This document shows, one piece after another, positions 48,593 through 61,031 of a stretch of 64,000 nucleotides of DNA. The notes under the pieces are model-generated. The model was not told the DNA's origin, ran no database searches, and worked only from the letters and a program-made list of their open reading frames with translations. How positions within the stretch are numbered: the stretch's first letter is position 1; every line of letters starts with the position of its first letter. The position numbers were made by a program, and so were the translations under genes. The stretch is from Rhizodiscina lignyota (taxonomy: Eukaryota): assembly GCA_010015805.1 (NCBI GenBank), contig ML978121.1, positions 1,178,001-1,242,000 of the forward strand, in the 5' to 3' direction.

Positions 48593-50360
48593 ATGGTGGC
48601 CATGAAGAGGAAGAATGGTCAGAGTACCTTGGATTCTTTCGTTGTCAAGCGTCCACGGGCTACTACCGACAATGTCGATGTACTTCTTAATCAAGCTTCC
48701 CTCCACGCGGACTTCCACGGCCTTGATGTCGCCAATAATGAACTCCTCTCTGCATTCAGCACTGTCGTCACGCCCGCCGCTCAGAAGTTCATGACCCCTT
48801 CTATCGCGACTCCTGCCTTTTCGATTCATAATACATTCCTCTTGCTATTCAAGGCTCTTCGGAATGAGAGAAAGAGTCTGCCCGGTCCAATGGCAGACCT
48901 TGCACAGCGCGAGCTTCCTGAGCAGCTGGCAGACTGCTTAATTGCAGCTATGCCGGGTGGTCTGATTGAGGTGATGAGTGCTGGTCGCCCGTGGATCCTG
49001 GAAGAGCTGAGAGACTCCTGCTACCGCTCCAGGAAATGCAACAAAACGGATTGCGGCATATACGCAGGCTTGCTCAAGAGTGCCGTGCGTCATCTTTATG
49101 TCGGAAAGACGGAGGTAACGTTCATGGCCAGGACCAACCAGCACATCGCGAGCAAGAATGCCGGCCACGAGAAGTTCTTCTATAATGTCTGGCGAGAGAG
49201 CGGTGCCAGCGTGGATTGGTTCTGGCTTGCCCATTTGAACAGGCAGAGAGTACTCTCGCTCACGACTACGCACTTCTTTTACTTCGAGTTCGCTCTCATG
49301 GCAACGCTCAATGCCTTTACCGATTCGGCCTTGACCACTGCGCGGCTCGAAAAGTGGTGTCGCCTCGTACCCGACCCGCTCTTAAGGATGCTCTCTGGCG
49401 GCAAGATGGTTCCCGACTCAGCCTTGGGCAAGATTCAGCAGATGCGTGAGGCACTCAAGTACAGAGGGACCAATGTCAGCATCCCCTTGTGTGAGGACCG
49501 AAGCGAATTCAATCTTGCCTATGGAGCTACCGGAGTATGGCAAAGCGCCACGTTGACCCAGACCAAGAGAGGCAAGAAGACTACCAGAGTCTTTCAGCTT
49601 TGCGTCGGCGCAATCCGTGTGAATCTCTACGAGAATGAGATCGCCGCGCTAGAGAATACTGGTATCGTTATACCACTGAAGAAGTCGGTCATGTACCTGC
49701 TTCAAGTCGAGATTGCTCAGGGTCCCGTGCCTCATCCCCAGCGGTTTGCCCCTGAAGTCCCTATTTCCACCAGGCACGAAGACGCACACTTGCTTGGCAT
49801 CAAGGCAATCTTTCAGACCGTCGACAACCGCGATGCAGGAATCTAGTTACGAATGCCGCAGTTATAGAATGTTTACGACGAGGACAGCAACGCCATCCCA
49901 TTTGCCCCTACTATTTACCGGGCAATGCTCTGCATGTCGGTCATTGACGTAGTGCGCGCTGGTCCTGGCAATCGCTCAATCGTGCTTCCTTCAAACCGAG
50001 GACATGTCAAATGCACTAGCGGCGAAGCGACAAAGCACATTCAGTTCAGAACTGAGAATAACTCCGTAAGTGGGTGACAAAATAGTTGAGTCGTGGCTGT
50101 AATATATCTCAGCATGAGATGTATATACTCCTCCGTTAATATAGATTATACACACTAAAGCGGTGTGATTTAGATAAATGAACTCTAGTATATAACTTAT
50201 CGACCTTCCAGAGATGCTCTTGCTAGCATTGAAGAGGAAACCTCAATTCTACTAAACATGTTCAACCTTCACAAGAGTCAACTATTTTATCACCCTCGTG
50301 CCGATTTCTCCGGAACTAATCGAATGAATGTGCTGGCTCCTCAGCACGCTGACAAGCACA
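48593..50360 (+). pseudogene. GIY-YIG nuclease-family gene, copy B (N-terminal 417 codons open; C-terminus has premature stops)
   Basis: ATG 48593 follows intron 48536-48585. CGIYAG..HLYVGKTE..RTNQH..FYFE..GTN. TAG at 49844 aligns to W in copy A, and homology continues past it (IPFAPTIY..SVIDVVRAGP..VGDKIVESWL). Confidence 0.8.
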
Positions 50361-50489
50361 GCCCAGGCAAGATATGTTAGTGCCAGAAGGCTTGTAACTT
50401 CAATGTCTAGACCCTGCATAGAGAGCTCTAGACTTTTAATAAAAGAAAGTTATAGACGATAACTATCTTTATTGCTTCTAAGAAGCTTC

Positions 50490-50662
50490 TATCCCCCTTG
50501 CGGCTAGGCATTCCCTGCCTTGGTAAAGAAGTACCCGTATCACAGGGGCCCTAGCACAGTGATTTATTCCATTTTCGGTGAATCATCCCTGGAGCTGGGT
50601 ACCTTAGCCCCCAGGAGTTTAGGTACTAAAACCGGGAATGCCAGGTCTAGCCGCAAGGGATA
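50490..50662. mobile_element. MITE-like element with terminal inverted repeats
   Basis: Left TATCCCCCTTGCGGCTAG-GCATTCCC versus right GGGAATGC-caggt-CTAGCCGCAAGGGATA. TA at both outer ends, embedded in AT-rich DNA. Confidence 0.55.
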
Positions 50663-50932
50663 TACTACGTTAATAAGTTTATATTCGAGGCTATTAGAGA
50701 GTAGCTTACCATGTCTACCTTAGAAATTATTTCTTGATACTACGAAAAAGAGATGTCGTCTTACTATTTGTGTGGAGTTAATAATAGAATATATTACTTA
50801 TAAAGAGAGTTGATTTCTAGTAAAGGACTAATTTATAAAGCTATTTAATTCTAATTACGTTCGTCAAAAAAATATTTAGCGGACCAATAGCGAATTTATA
50901 GAAACTTAAGTAGCTTTAAATAATAAGTCCAT

Positions 50933-51070
50933 ATGTTGCTAGAGATGCCCCGGATGTTCAACTCACACGAAGACGGCAAGGCACTAGCGGCACTTCCGTT
51001 CAATCGCATGCTCTATCAGGCAATAGGGTGCATGTCTATCATCGATGTCGGACGGGCCAAGCTAGGGAAA
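50933..51070 (+). pseudogene. C-terminal fragment of a fourth, more divergent GIY-YIG family copy
   Basis: LEMPRMFNSHEDGKALAALPFNRMLYQAIGCMSIIDVGRA resembles copy B LRMPQL*NVYDEDSNAIPFAPTIYRAMLCMSVIDVVRA. Confidence 0.6.
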
Positions 51071-51338
51071 CACGTATGTAAATTAACCGTTTTATGTAAT
51101 CTGACGTCGACAACCGCACATGGTCTTCGGTAGAGGCCGAGATTGACGCTTCAGGAACCCTATGTGTCATCTCCACAAACAATTTTCATATAGAAACCGA
51201 AATCCAACCACTTGATCAAAACATATTCTCCAGCTTTGCATTAGTTACATATAATATGGCTGCGACATCTCAAAAGCAAAGAGTCGGCTTCCGCTAAAGA
51301 CCATTTCACGAGCGCATCACAATTACAACTCCGACAGC

Positions 51339-53310
51339 ATGCTCGCAGATCTCCCCTTCGAGCTCCTATCTCAGATAGCTCTCCATCTTCCAACCGCCCA
51401 ATCATTCTACTACCTATCTCTAACGTGCCGACGGCTGTGCCAATTCGTAGCGGAAGATGGGTGGCGAACATTCGCACAACACAGATTTCCTTCAATCCCC
51501 ACGGCACCTCACTGGAAAGAGGCATCTCATGCTCTGTCAACGCTGTCACGAAACTGGGATCGAAGAGCTCTGGCTGCTCGATACATCCATCCCGACGGCT
51601 TGATTCTCCGCCTACCAGAGGGACAAAGAGCGCAAAAATGGCAGAAACCGCAAGGCCAGAGCATGGGATTTCAGCCCGTCATCGATGCGTACGAAGAATG
51701 GGCAAGCGACCGTTGGGCATCCAGAAGAGAGGTCCTGACATTCAGTGCAGGAGCCGAATTACTGTTCCGAATTAAAGACCGCGGCTTAGAAGCAGCTCCG
51801 GGATTCACTCCACACAACGCAGATCATCGACATCCAGATTCTGAACGATATCCGGCAAGAGTTCACTGGGTAGTCTACAAACCGCCCGAAGCAAGACAGG
51901 GTTTAGATGATGTCACATGCTTGAGACTCCTCAGGTCCCTGGACTCTGTCCGCCTGAATACAGCAGCAGAAAGCTACGAGAAGCTGATCTTCGGAACGGC
52001 AAAAGGCGATTTGAAACTTGTGAGCATATCCTTGCTCGAGGATGCTGGAAACGGGAGCGATGTCACCAATGCGACTTTTGCTACGAATCAAAGGCCGGTA
52101 CGGTCCATGGACTTGATTCCAGATGGCTCACGTCTAGCTACTTGCCTGTCTGATTCTACCTTGGCCCTTTATCCCGTGCCAACGGAAAATGAGAATCAGA
52201 GAATCACACCAAGCAGTGAAGTAGATGTTCTTGGCGGAAGAACGGCTGGACCGCCGAAGAGACTATGGTCTACACGGTGGCTATCATCAGATCGACTCGC
52301 TGTCGGACTTGGTCCATGTGATAAGCCGCTCCATGTTTACCAGGTTACTGAATCAGGCCTCGATGCCGAGCCAATTCGAAAATTTGGAATCGATGGCACT
52401 GAGTGGGGATGTGATGATCGAATAGATCTTCGTCCGGAAGCCGCAAAGCGGATATCGTCTGTATATCCAATTGTCACGCTGCCGGCAACGTCAGAAGCAG
52501 GGCATGCTGCAGGCAATGTTTTTTTGACAGGCTGCTATGATGGGATCATAAGGTACATGTGCTCCCCCAAGCTCGCTAGTCACTGCTAACGGTAAACATA
52601 GATTGCACGATTTGCGATCTCCACATGCCCATGTGAGTAGCTACTGGGATCCAATCGACGATTCTGCCATCTACTCTCTGCAAGCCTTTGGACGAGAGAG
52701 ACTCGCAGCGGGAAGCGCGCAGAGCTGTGCCGTCAAGTTCTTTGACCTCCGCGTTTCCGGTGGTCGAGCGTATCACTACTTGGATATTCGGCAAGCCAAA
52801 TCAAAATCAAGTTCCACACTTCCTCGAAATGATTCCTTTAATCGACACGGGCCAGACCGCCGTGGTTGGAACCTGTTCCTTGCTCCCCGACCAGGAAATG
52901 TAGAGAATAGCAGAGGCTCTCGCAGGCATCCCTATAATGCGGGTCGTCGAGAAGCACAGAGGGCCGCAGAGTCACCAATATACTCACTCTGCAGTCCTGC
53001 GCCTTATTCGCCGTCTCTGTTTGCTGGTATCGAGAACAATATTGTACAGATCGACTTCACCAGCACGACAGACAAGCATCCAGATCCGCTATTGTCGAGC
53101 GAGCTGTCCGAACACCGTAAATCAGGTCATGTCGATCAACCGACATGGGACTCGGGCGGAAGGGTTGTGAATCTGGCAATGTACGAGCACACCTTGACAG
53201 GCGGGATAGATCTAAAGGTCCAAGTAAGTCCATCGGAGGCGGCAAATCGTCGTGGAATGCTGGAGGGCTACGATGACCGATGGAGAGAAAGCCCGAAATG
53301 GCGAAGGTAG
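51339..53310 (+). CDS. F-box protein with degenerate WD40-like repeats
   Basis: N-terminal F-box LADLPFELLSQIALHL..LSLTCRRL, FLTGCYDGIIR-LHDLRSP and VKFFDLR. Intron 52553-52601. Confidence 0.8.
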
Positions 53311-53793
53311 TATAGAATTCTTTAGTATGACACTTCCGAGGCCTATTCAGAAGGTTTCCAAGACTCTCAAAATCGAGTAATTTGATCATCTGTGCCCATT
53401 GACTCTAAATTCTGAATAAGAGAGCGCAGCATAGACTCAGCGCTTTAGTACAAATGCCGCGCCGTCGACGCTTCACAAACATTGTATTACTCGGCCAAGA
53501 ACTGCCTACAATTGCCTTTATCTATATCGCGTAGCTTCGATTACAACATCAACAGGAACTGGTCTTGTATGCCTTCACACTCTACGAGTGTCGTGTTGCT
53601 TATTCGAGATGTGCAACTAACAACCCTTATGCATGGTTGTGCAGCTTCAATTACAACGACTACAAGAACTCTACTCCTCTGCATTCACGCTTCACGCACA
53701 TCGTATTGCACGACAAGGAATTGCTCTCTATATCAAGTGTCGATTCATACTAGACTTCTCTAGCGTGCTGTATCGCTCTACTCAGCTTCTCTT

Positions 53794-55961
53794 CTATTCC
53801 TCCTCTACCTCTACCCTGCCCTCCTCCTCACCTTCCTCTATGCCCTCAACCTCTTCTTTCTCCGCCATCTTCTTTTCTCCCCACCTCGCGTCTCTCCGCT
53901 CCGGGTCACCAATCACCGCCACCTCCCACCTCCACAGTGCCTGTACATCGTGCGGGTCCTCACCTGACGACGGCTTGGGTACACGCAGGTCGCCCAGGCC
54001 CAGCCGCATCGCGAGCGTGGGAATGTCTTTGACATTCCATGTACGGGCCATCGGGTGATCCGGGTTTGCTTGCACATACTTCAAGACAGCCGTCAGCGGC
54101 CCCGCATCGTCACCCTGCGGCCAGCGATGTGGGACCACGCCTCCCCACAAGCGGTACAGTGGCATATCTGTAGAACGAGTGTTCGGGAGGCAGTTTGCGA
54201 ACCAATTTGCGGTTCCCATGTAGTGCGTCTTTTGCCACTGGCCATCCTTGTAGCACGGGCCCCAGGAGGTCGCCGTTGTGGAATTTTCATTTGGTACGGA
54301 GCCGCGCTGGCGCCATTCGCGGATGCCAAGAATACGGGTAGCACCATCGGTAATGCGCTTCGTCGTGAGGGCTTTCTTGACCATGGTGTTGTCTGTCAAG
54401 CCACGGGCCCAGTTGATAATTTCTGCCATTGTCACTGCCTTATACCCATTGGCATGAAGGCGTGTGACCACCCACGAGAGAAGCGTGTTCTGCGGAATGA
54501 AGCTGAAGAGACGTTAGTATGCGGCTCAAAAAGTTCAAGCATGGTGATTACTTACGTGAGGATTTCCATAGCGGTAACATCCATGTCTGGTAATTCTACA
54601 CATTCCAACACCATTTGGGGGCCGCCAAACTGGCGGATACCCCTTTTGCTTGGTTGCCAATCCTGCGTCCTGTTCCCCACTTGCTCAACCTCATGCTTGC
54701 GTTTCTTCCCCGTGGGCGCAGGACGGGAGACCAGACTTTCGTTTCCCATTCCCACCGCGTACTCTTGGAATGGCTTGACACGGTGAGAGCCAGTGCCTAT
54801 TCCCAGTACCTGTGTCGTATCTTTCTTACCCTTGGGCTCTCCTGGACGAGCAAGATGTTGCGGGGTATGGAACGGAGAACCAAGGGTGGCTTGGGTCGGA
54901 TGTTGTTGGTTGTCTGGTGTGCGGGGGTTGGCATGCGCTTGTGGACGGGTTGACAGCTGGTTATCGGTAGTGTATGCAATTGGATGTACCTGAGGAAACG
55001 CCCATCGATAGTTACTGTCACTCCTGTCGACATTGAGATCCTGTTTCTGAGCCGTTGCTAGAGTTTGTGGTGGTTGACGGGAGAACTTCAAGTTTTCGTT
55101 TACCCATATGAGGGGTGGCGGGGGATCATTAGCGGTATGCACGTTCGGCTGGAGTTGAGGAAGGTGCCCAAGAGGGTTAGGATCTGTCCTATCGCCATGA
55201 TGATAGCGGATTGGATTGTTATTTGCGGGCTCAGGGTTGCTCCTGGGCTCTTGCAGTGGCCGAGGACGCACGGAGAACTCAAACTCTGGCTGGCTTTGGA
55301 CATTGCTGTACTGATATGGATCGGCGGCGACAACCGTCACTTGTCGAGGACTGCAGTGTGTGTTTCTGAGTCGGCAGCTGTGACATGGCCAATTCATATC
55401 GCAAAGCTGTTGTTCTCCATGCCTCTCGCATGGATAACACGGATACATCAATGCGAATCGTAAACGGTAGTGACTGCCATGGTCATCCTGGGGAGGGAGC
55501 TCTGTAGGATATACACCATGGATTGTATACGACATATATCCTATTATTTGTGACGATTCGTTGTTGTTTGCAGTACTGACATTAACGTGGTTGTCCCAAT
55601 GAGTGATGGATGCGTGGTTCGAACTGGACATCTCTGAAGGATCACCTCTAATAGTCTCTGGGGCTTCCAGAGCTGTTTCAAGAGGTTGCAGAGCGTGTTG
55701 TGGCGCCTCACGCCCCAGGTAACTGTGGAGACCCAGAGCCCTAGAAAGTCTAAGAGAGGAAGAGGGTACGACAGTATTATCCAACTGGCCAGCGCTCTCA
55801 TGGTCAGGCGGGTAACGAAGGGTCACAGCCCTGTTGTCTTGATCTTGAGCATGTGTCCAGTGGAATTGCCCCGACAGCTGTGGAATATCTGCTAGGATAT
55901 TAGGATAGGAAGCTGTGAAGGTGCCTGCGCTTGGAGCACCATAAGCATGTGTCGGTGGCAA
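53794..55961 (-). CDS. Hypothetical protein with a central Zn2Cys6-like cluster and an uncharacterised C-terminal domain (true start probably ~56100-56300)
   Basis: CYPCERHGEQQLCDMNWPCHSCRLRNTHC. Intron ~54555-54503 joins EILT-FIPQNTLLSWVVTRL in frame. Upstream intron ~56095-56049. Confidence 0.6.
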
Positions 55962-58326
55962 CGAAACCGGGAACTGGTGCGTTTGCGTCTGATATTGGGA
56001 GCTGTAGTGAGACGCTTCACGAGGTGCTTGAGAGTATGCCCATGCTTTCTACGTGTTAGCAATATGTACTACTACTCAGTGGCTTGAGAGCTTACCTCCG
56101 AAGTGAGTATCATCGCGAGGATTATACAAGTCCCGGGCAGAGACACGTGGCGATGGAGAGAGCGCCCGAACTAAATCATCGCCGTGAAAGTATCGCCTAG
56201 CCCGAGGTCCATGACGATGATTGCATACCTTCAGGATATGAGGTTTCCACATCCTGCTCGACGCCTGCACAAGGTTGAGGGATGTTGGGCTCGCCATCCT
56301 CAGAATTGAGGCCTGAGCTGCCCGCCATTTTGGCGTGGTGTTAGAACGGAAGGTGAGTGGCTGTAAAGCTACACGAGAAAAGCGGCGTGATTCAAGAGTC
56401 CAAATACTCAGGAGGGAGGAATCTGGGACCAGTGTGCTTAGTTTGTCAAGGTGAAGTGAAAGCAGATAAGCTGTGCTGGTTGCCAGGTGAATTTCATTCA
56501 GCCTGGAAGTTTGTTGTTGTTCAGGTGTCGGAGAAAAACAAGCGGCGGCACGCTATGGGCGCGAGGCGATGAATAGCTGAGCAGGATCACGTGCTGATTT
56601 CGTTCTCTTAACACGTGTTAAGCTCCAATGTATTGCGGAAGCTTGTAAAGGCCAGCTCGCCAAGCGAAGTAAACAAGCTTTTGATGACGATTCGGAGGTT
56701 TTGAGGGAGCGTAATAGAATGAACGACTCGATGCTTGAGTGCTAGAGTACGTCTCTTTCGAGTTTGCGTGTTCTAGGTGATACGATAGAAAAGTAGCGTG
56801 GGTGCGTAGTTAGAGGAAACAAAACGAGATACTAACACACGTACCAAGCAAGAGGTGATGACAAAAGCAGAAATGTTCTTGAAATACAGTGCAGAGATAT
56901 TCCCATCTATGGAACATAATACAAGACGTTCCATTGAAAACTAAAAGTGTCATTCATCAGTGGCAACGAAACACGAACGAACAGAAAACAGCAGTTATCA
57001 GTGCAGGATACAAAACCTTCATCCCTAGGGTACCCCGTCCCAATAACCCGGCACGGATATGTAGGTCTTGTGTCCCTCTAAAACATCTGCCCGAGGATGT
57101 CCATGCCTTACAGCTATAGATCATCTCGTAGCGTCGTCGAGAAATCCTAATATCGAGCTCTATTTCAGAGTCTTGCAGATGGCGCTGATTCGACTCAGCC
57201 TATAAAAAGTGTAATTGCGTTCGAGGAGGTGACACGCTCCCTCGGGGCGTTCTTCGTTGGTTAAGACGACGGCCGTTCTAGATGTCTCCTCAAACGCTGA
57301 AATTCTCCGTGCAAGAGTCCTGGAATAATTTGATAGCATGCATTGCTTTCGGTCATCGAGTCATCGACGTCGTTCAGGATATGCTGTTGGTGAGCACCAC
57401 CTGATCGATGTGCGGAGCCCACACGAGAGGTTCCATCAGCCACCTACCGCTGTTATAATCTTATGTCCCCCCTCAGTAGCCGTAAAGAATTGTTTGGTGC
57501 TTGTAAGGGAGCTCCTGTGCTTCACCTCTCTCAGTAAGAGGAGACGCGAAGGCAAAGATTGTGGTTGTTTGAGGAGAGCACGTAGAGCGACCACTGTCGG
57601 TGCTTGTCTCCGGCGTCGACATATCGTAGGTCCTCCTTCCCTCTTGCTGTCAAGCTTTAATAACTTAGAGTTAATGGTTCGTGGGGACATGATGAGAGGT
57701 GCGGTCGGTGATTATGTATCGAGACGGAAAAGGGAGAACAGTATGGCAAGCGGAGGGACTAGGCCTGGTACTGGACGGCGGCCTTGAATATTTCTAGAGG
57801 TTATTCTGTGCATAAGTAAGTGCGCGGTTGCTTCAGTTATCCTTCTTCTGCCGCTAATTGGGCTCTCCTTGAGCATCTGGACGGACATGTACAGCGGATG
57901 GAGGTTGAGAACTGGGGTCACTCTCTACCTCGGCGAGCAGCAGCGGTTTCTTACATTACGATACCCCTATTCAGCATCTCCACTACTCACCTCCCTAAGA
58001 GTCGTCTTCGTTCTACAAATCAGTTCTAACCATGATTCTAGAACAAATCATGGCCTAGTTGCTATCTTATGGTCTGAGTTCACCGTTGAGACGACGCATG
58101 GGCAGTTCTTTCATCTCTTTGCGATGTGTAGTGAACATATATCGCATGTCCATTCATAGCCTTGATATCTTCTAAATGAATACACGCAGGACGACAGTAT
58201 TTCCCCTTACCAGACTATCGAAAACGACATGAAAACGTGCATAAGCGTCGCCCGATTTATAAAACAGCTCATGTCGCAGCACTCGGCGGCGTACCCATCC
58301 TTTACTGGCCGACTTGTCATGGAAAT

Positions 58327-59086
58327 TTATTTTCCTCCGCCAACTTGCGCTACGATGCCAGTGTAGACATCCCAAACCGGTTTGCTCACCCTCTTCCAGC
58401 TTTCCCTCCCACTCACTTCCTCCCACCATCTCTTCACGTTCGGATTTGCCTTGATGGCCTCATCCTCCCCAGTGACCGACAGGGCCAAAAACTCCGGCAA
58501 AAAGCTGATATCGGCCAGACTGAACGTCTCACCTCCCATATACTTCTGTTTCGATAGAATTCCATCCACGACTGCAAGAGTAGCCGCGACACTCTTTCTA
58601 CTCTTCTCTATGACTGCTTGGTCGGGGATCATTCCCATGAGCGGCGCATGCGTAAGCTGGAAGAAGAGCTGTGTCACATCTGCGTCCAATTTCTGCGCCT
58701 CGATCGCAAGACCTTCCTCAAAGCGCGCGAAAGCGGGATACTTATCGGTCGATGGGAGCAGCGATGGCGACTTGTCGGCGAAAACGGTTGCCAGGTAACG
58801 CGCAATTGGGCGCGATTCGTACATTGGTCCAGCATGCGGGCACTCAAGAACTGGCACCTTCCCCCAGGGGTTTTTTGAGAGCATCTCTGGAGACTGAGCG
58901 TATACAGCTGTCAGTGAGGAGCTAATTACATACAGTGTGGACAATGAGAGAGGGGCGGACCTTGTGCTCGCCCTTGACCAGATCCACGACTATGGGTTCA
59001 TGCTCAATGTTCTTCTCGGCGAGGACCATATCAACTCGCAAACTGTTGTGAGATAGAGGGCTTGTATAGAACTTGATTCCGGCCAT
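58327..59086 (-). CDS. Glutathione S-transferase
   Basis: Exon 1 MAGIKFYTSPLS..VDLVKGEHK, intron 58960-58894, then NPWGKVPVL, MYESRPIARYL and YMGGETFSLADI. Confidence 0.92.
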
Positions 59087-60359
59087 TTTGAATTTATTTT
59101 AGGAAGTGTTAATTTGGAGAGTAGGCTGGCCTGCTCGTAACGGAGCTTGAATGAGAGAGTCGCACTCACGAGACAAAACACAGAAAGGAGCAAACGCGAG
59201 AGCAGTTGACCTAAGGTAAAATGCTTAGACGATAATTTTTTGGGGTGTCAACTTGGAAACTTAAATAGTGGCACCTCGTCGTATCAGCTTATGTCCCATA
59301 GCTCGTATGAACTGTTCGCCGAGCTGGAGACTCAAATATCCCCTTGCTTCGTGCTTTCTGAACGAACCAAGTCACCAGTAACTTTCGGCGCCCCAGGTTA
59401 GCTCTTGACCAACTGTGCGACTGTGGTAATTAGGCGCTTCTTGCGAGCATTACCAGGGCAAGGGTGCTCCAAGTTCTGTCCTCCTTCGGGGCAATCCTGA
59501 CATAAGCGCTATCTAATGCGGAATGTAGGAACTGCGAGAAGAGAAATCGGACACGGCGAGACTATAAAGATTCTCTGGATATACTATCTCCGCGGCGGAC
59601 ATCTTGCACGATTGAGAGGATGGCGGTGAGGTGAATGGCAGCTGTAATTCAGAGGTCACCAGGATTTCATACGGCCGGGTAAGCAAGAAGGAAGAGGCGG
59701 TACGGCTAGTTTAATAGACTGGCGGAAATGTTCCGCTAGGTCGCGCGAGTGTATTTACCAATTGAGAAAATGAAGTCTTTCTGAATCCTATAGCTACTTA
59801 CCATTTTCTATTTCTAGACAGCCGTAAACAAATGATCGTCTTGTGGCATAAGCCCACCATTATGCCTAGCGTTCTTCTGAAACTTGAGTATCGTATTCGG
59901 AAGGAGAACGTCATATCCAGGTATGAATGTAAACATGCATAAGAGGCTCGGGCCTTTAAACGAGTATAATGTTTACTTATCGAGGTCTCCCTCGGGTAGT
60001 TAAAGAAATGATATGAGTCGTTCATATCTGGTTCTCCAAGTTCAACATAGATAAGTAGCCGGCCTCGAAGGTGACAAAAGGTAGCTCTTGATGAAGGTGG
60101 AAAGGCCGTAGAAAACCTGGCATTGCTCTTCAATCGAGGTGAGAGCATCCTCAAAACTCTTGGTTTAACATGATTCGCCCAGTGTCTGTCAATTTTGTAC
60201 AGCTCCAATGAATATGATTAATCTTAATCAAAGGGACTGTGCACTGTGCACCCTATATGTCGGAGCTGTCGGAGCTGTGGGATACCGGTTTGTCACCTGC
60301 AAGCTCCCACACCACGTTCATCTGTAATAGAATAGATCTATTAAAAAAAACACAATCTC

Positions 60360-61031
60360 TCATGTTTTCCCAGCCCGTTCCGTCCATAATCTTTCGATGG
60401 CCAAGTTCGTCCCTTCAACAATTGCTTTCCACTCCGTCTCGTGAATGCGTTGCTCTAGCGCCTCTAAATCATCATCGCGAGGATGTTCAAGATCAATCTC
60501 CCGAACCAACAGTGGCTCCCCTTCATCTACCGCCCTAATGACTTTGTGAATCATGACCCCTGTCTTCTCGAGCCCTCCATCCATAAATTTCTCATGCGCT
60601 CGCTGGATCGCATTTGCTCCATTGAATTGGCCTGGCAGCGCCGGATGCAAGTTGATGACCCATACACCCTTTTCCTCCAATGGTTTCAGACACTCGTCTG
60701 AGAAGATGTGCATCCAGCCCGCGCACACGACCAGGTCTGGCTTGTCTTTCAAGATGAGCGCCGCCAGATCTCTGTCGTACTCAGTACGAGCAGCCGCGAC
60801 TCCAGTATCGTCAGCTGGATGTCGGTCTTTGTACGCCTTGAGGTTGTGGTATTCAGTGGAAATGCCGACTTTCTTTGCACGCTCCAGTCCGTACGCGGCG
60901 CGGCGGTTTGAAATGACGCGTACTATGCTGACCGGTTCTACATATTTAGACGACTGTTGTGCATCGATGAGAGCTTGGAGATTCGTGCCGGAGCCGGATA
61001 TAAGGATTGTTACTCGTGTTGGCTGTTCCAT
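60360..61031 (-). CDS. ADE8: Phosphoribosylglycinamide (GAR) formyltransferase
   Basis: ISGSGTNLQAL, CAGWMHI, INLHPALPG and GVMIHKVIRAVDEG. Confidence 0.95.
   Translation of the reverse strand: MEQPTRVTILISGSGTNLQALIDAQQSSKYVEPVSIVRVISNRRAAYGLERAKKVGISTEYHNLKAYKDRHPADDTGVAAARTEYDRDLAALILKDKPDLVVCAGWMHIFSDECLKPLEEKGVWVINLHPALPGQFNGANAIQRAHEKFMDGGLEKTGVMIHKVIRAVDEGEPLLVREIDLEHPRDDDLEALEQRIHETEWKAIVEGTNLAIERLWTERAGKT

Noticed and set aside
56950..57800. Possible decayed gene on the - strand
   Set aside because: Short stop-interrupted frames with no recognisable family; cannot be supported by eye.
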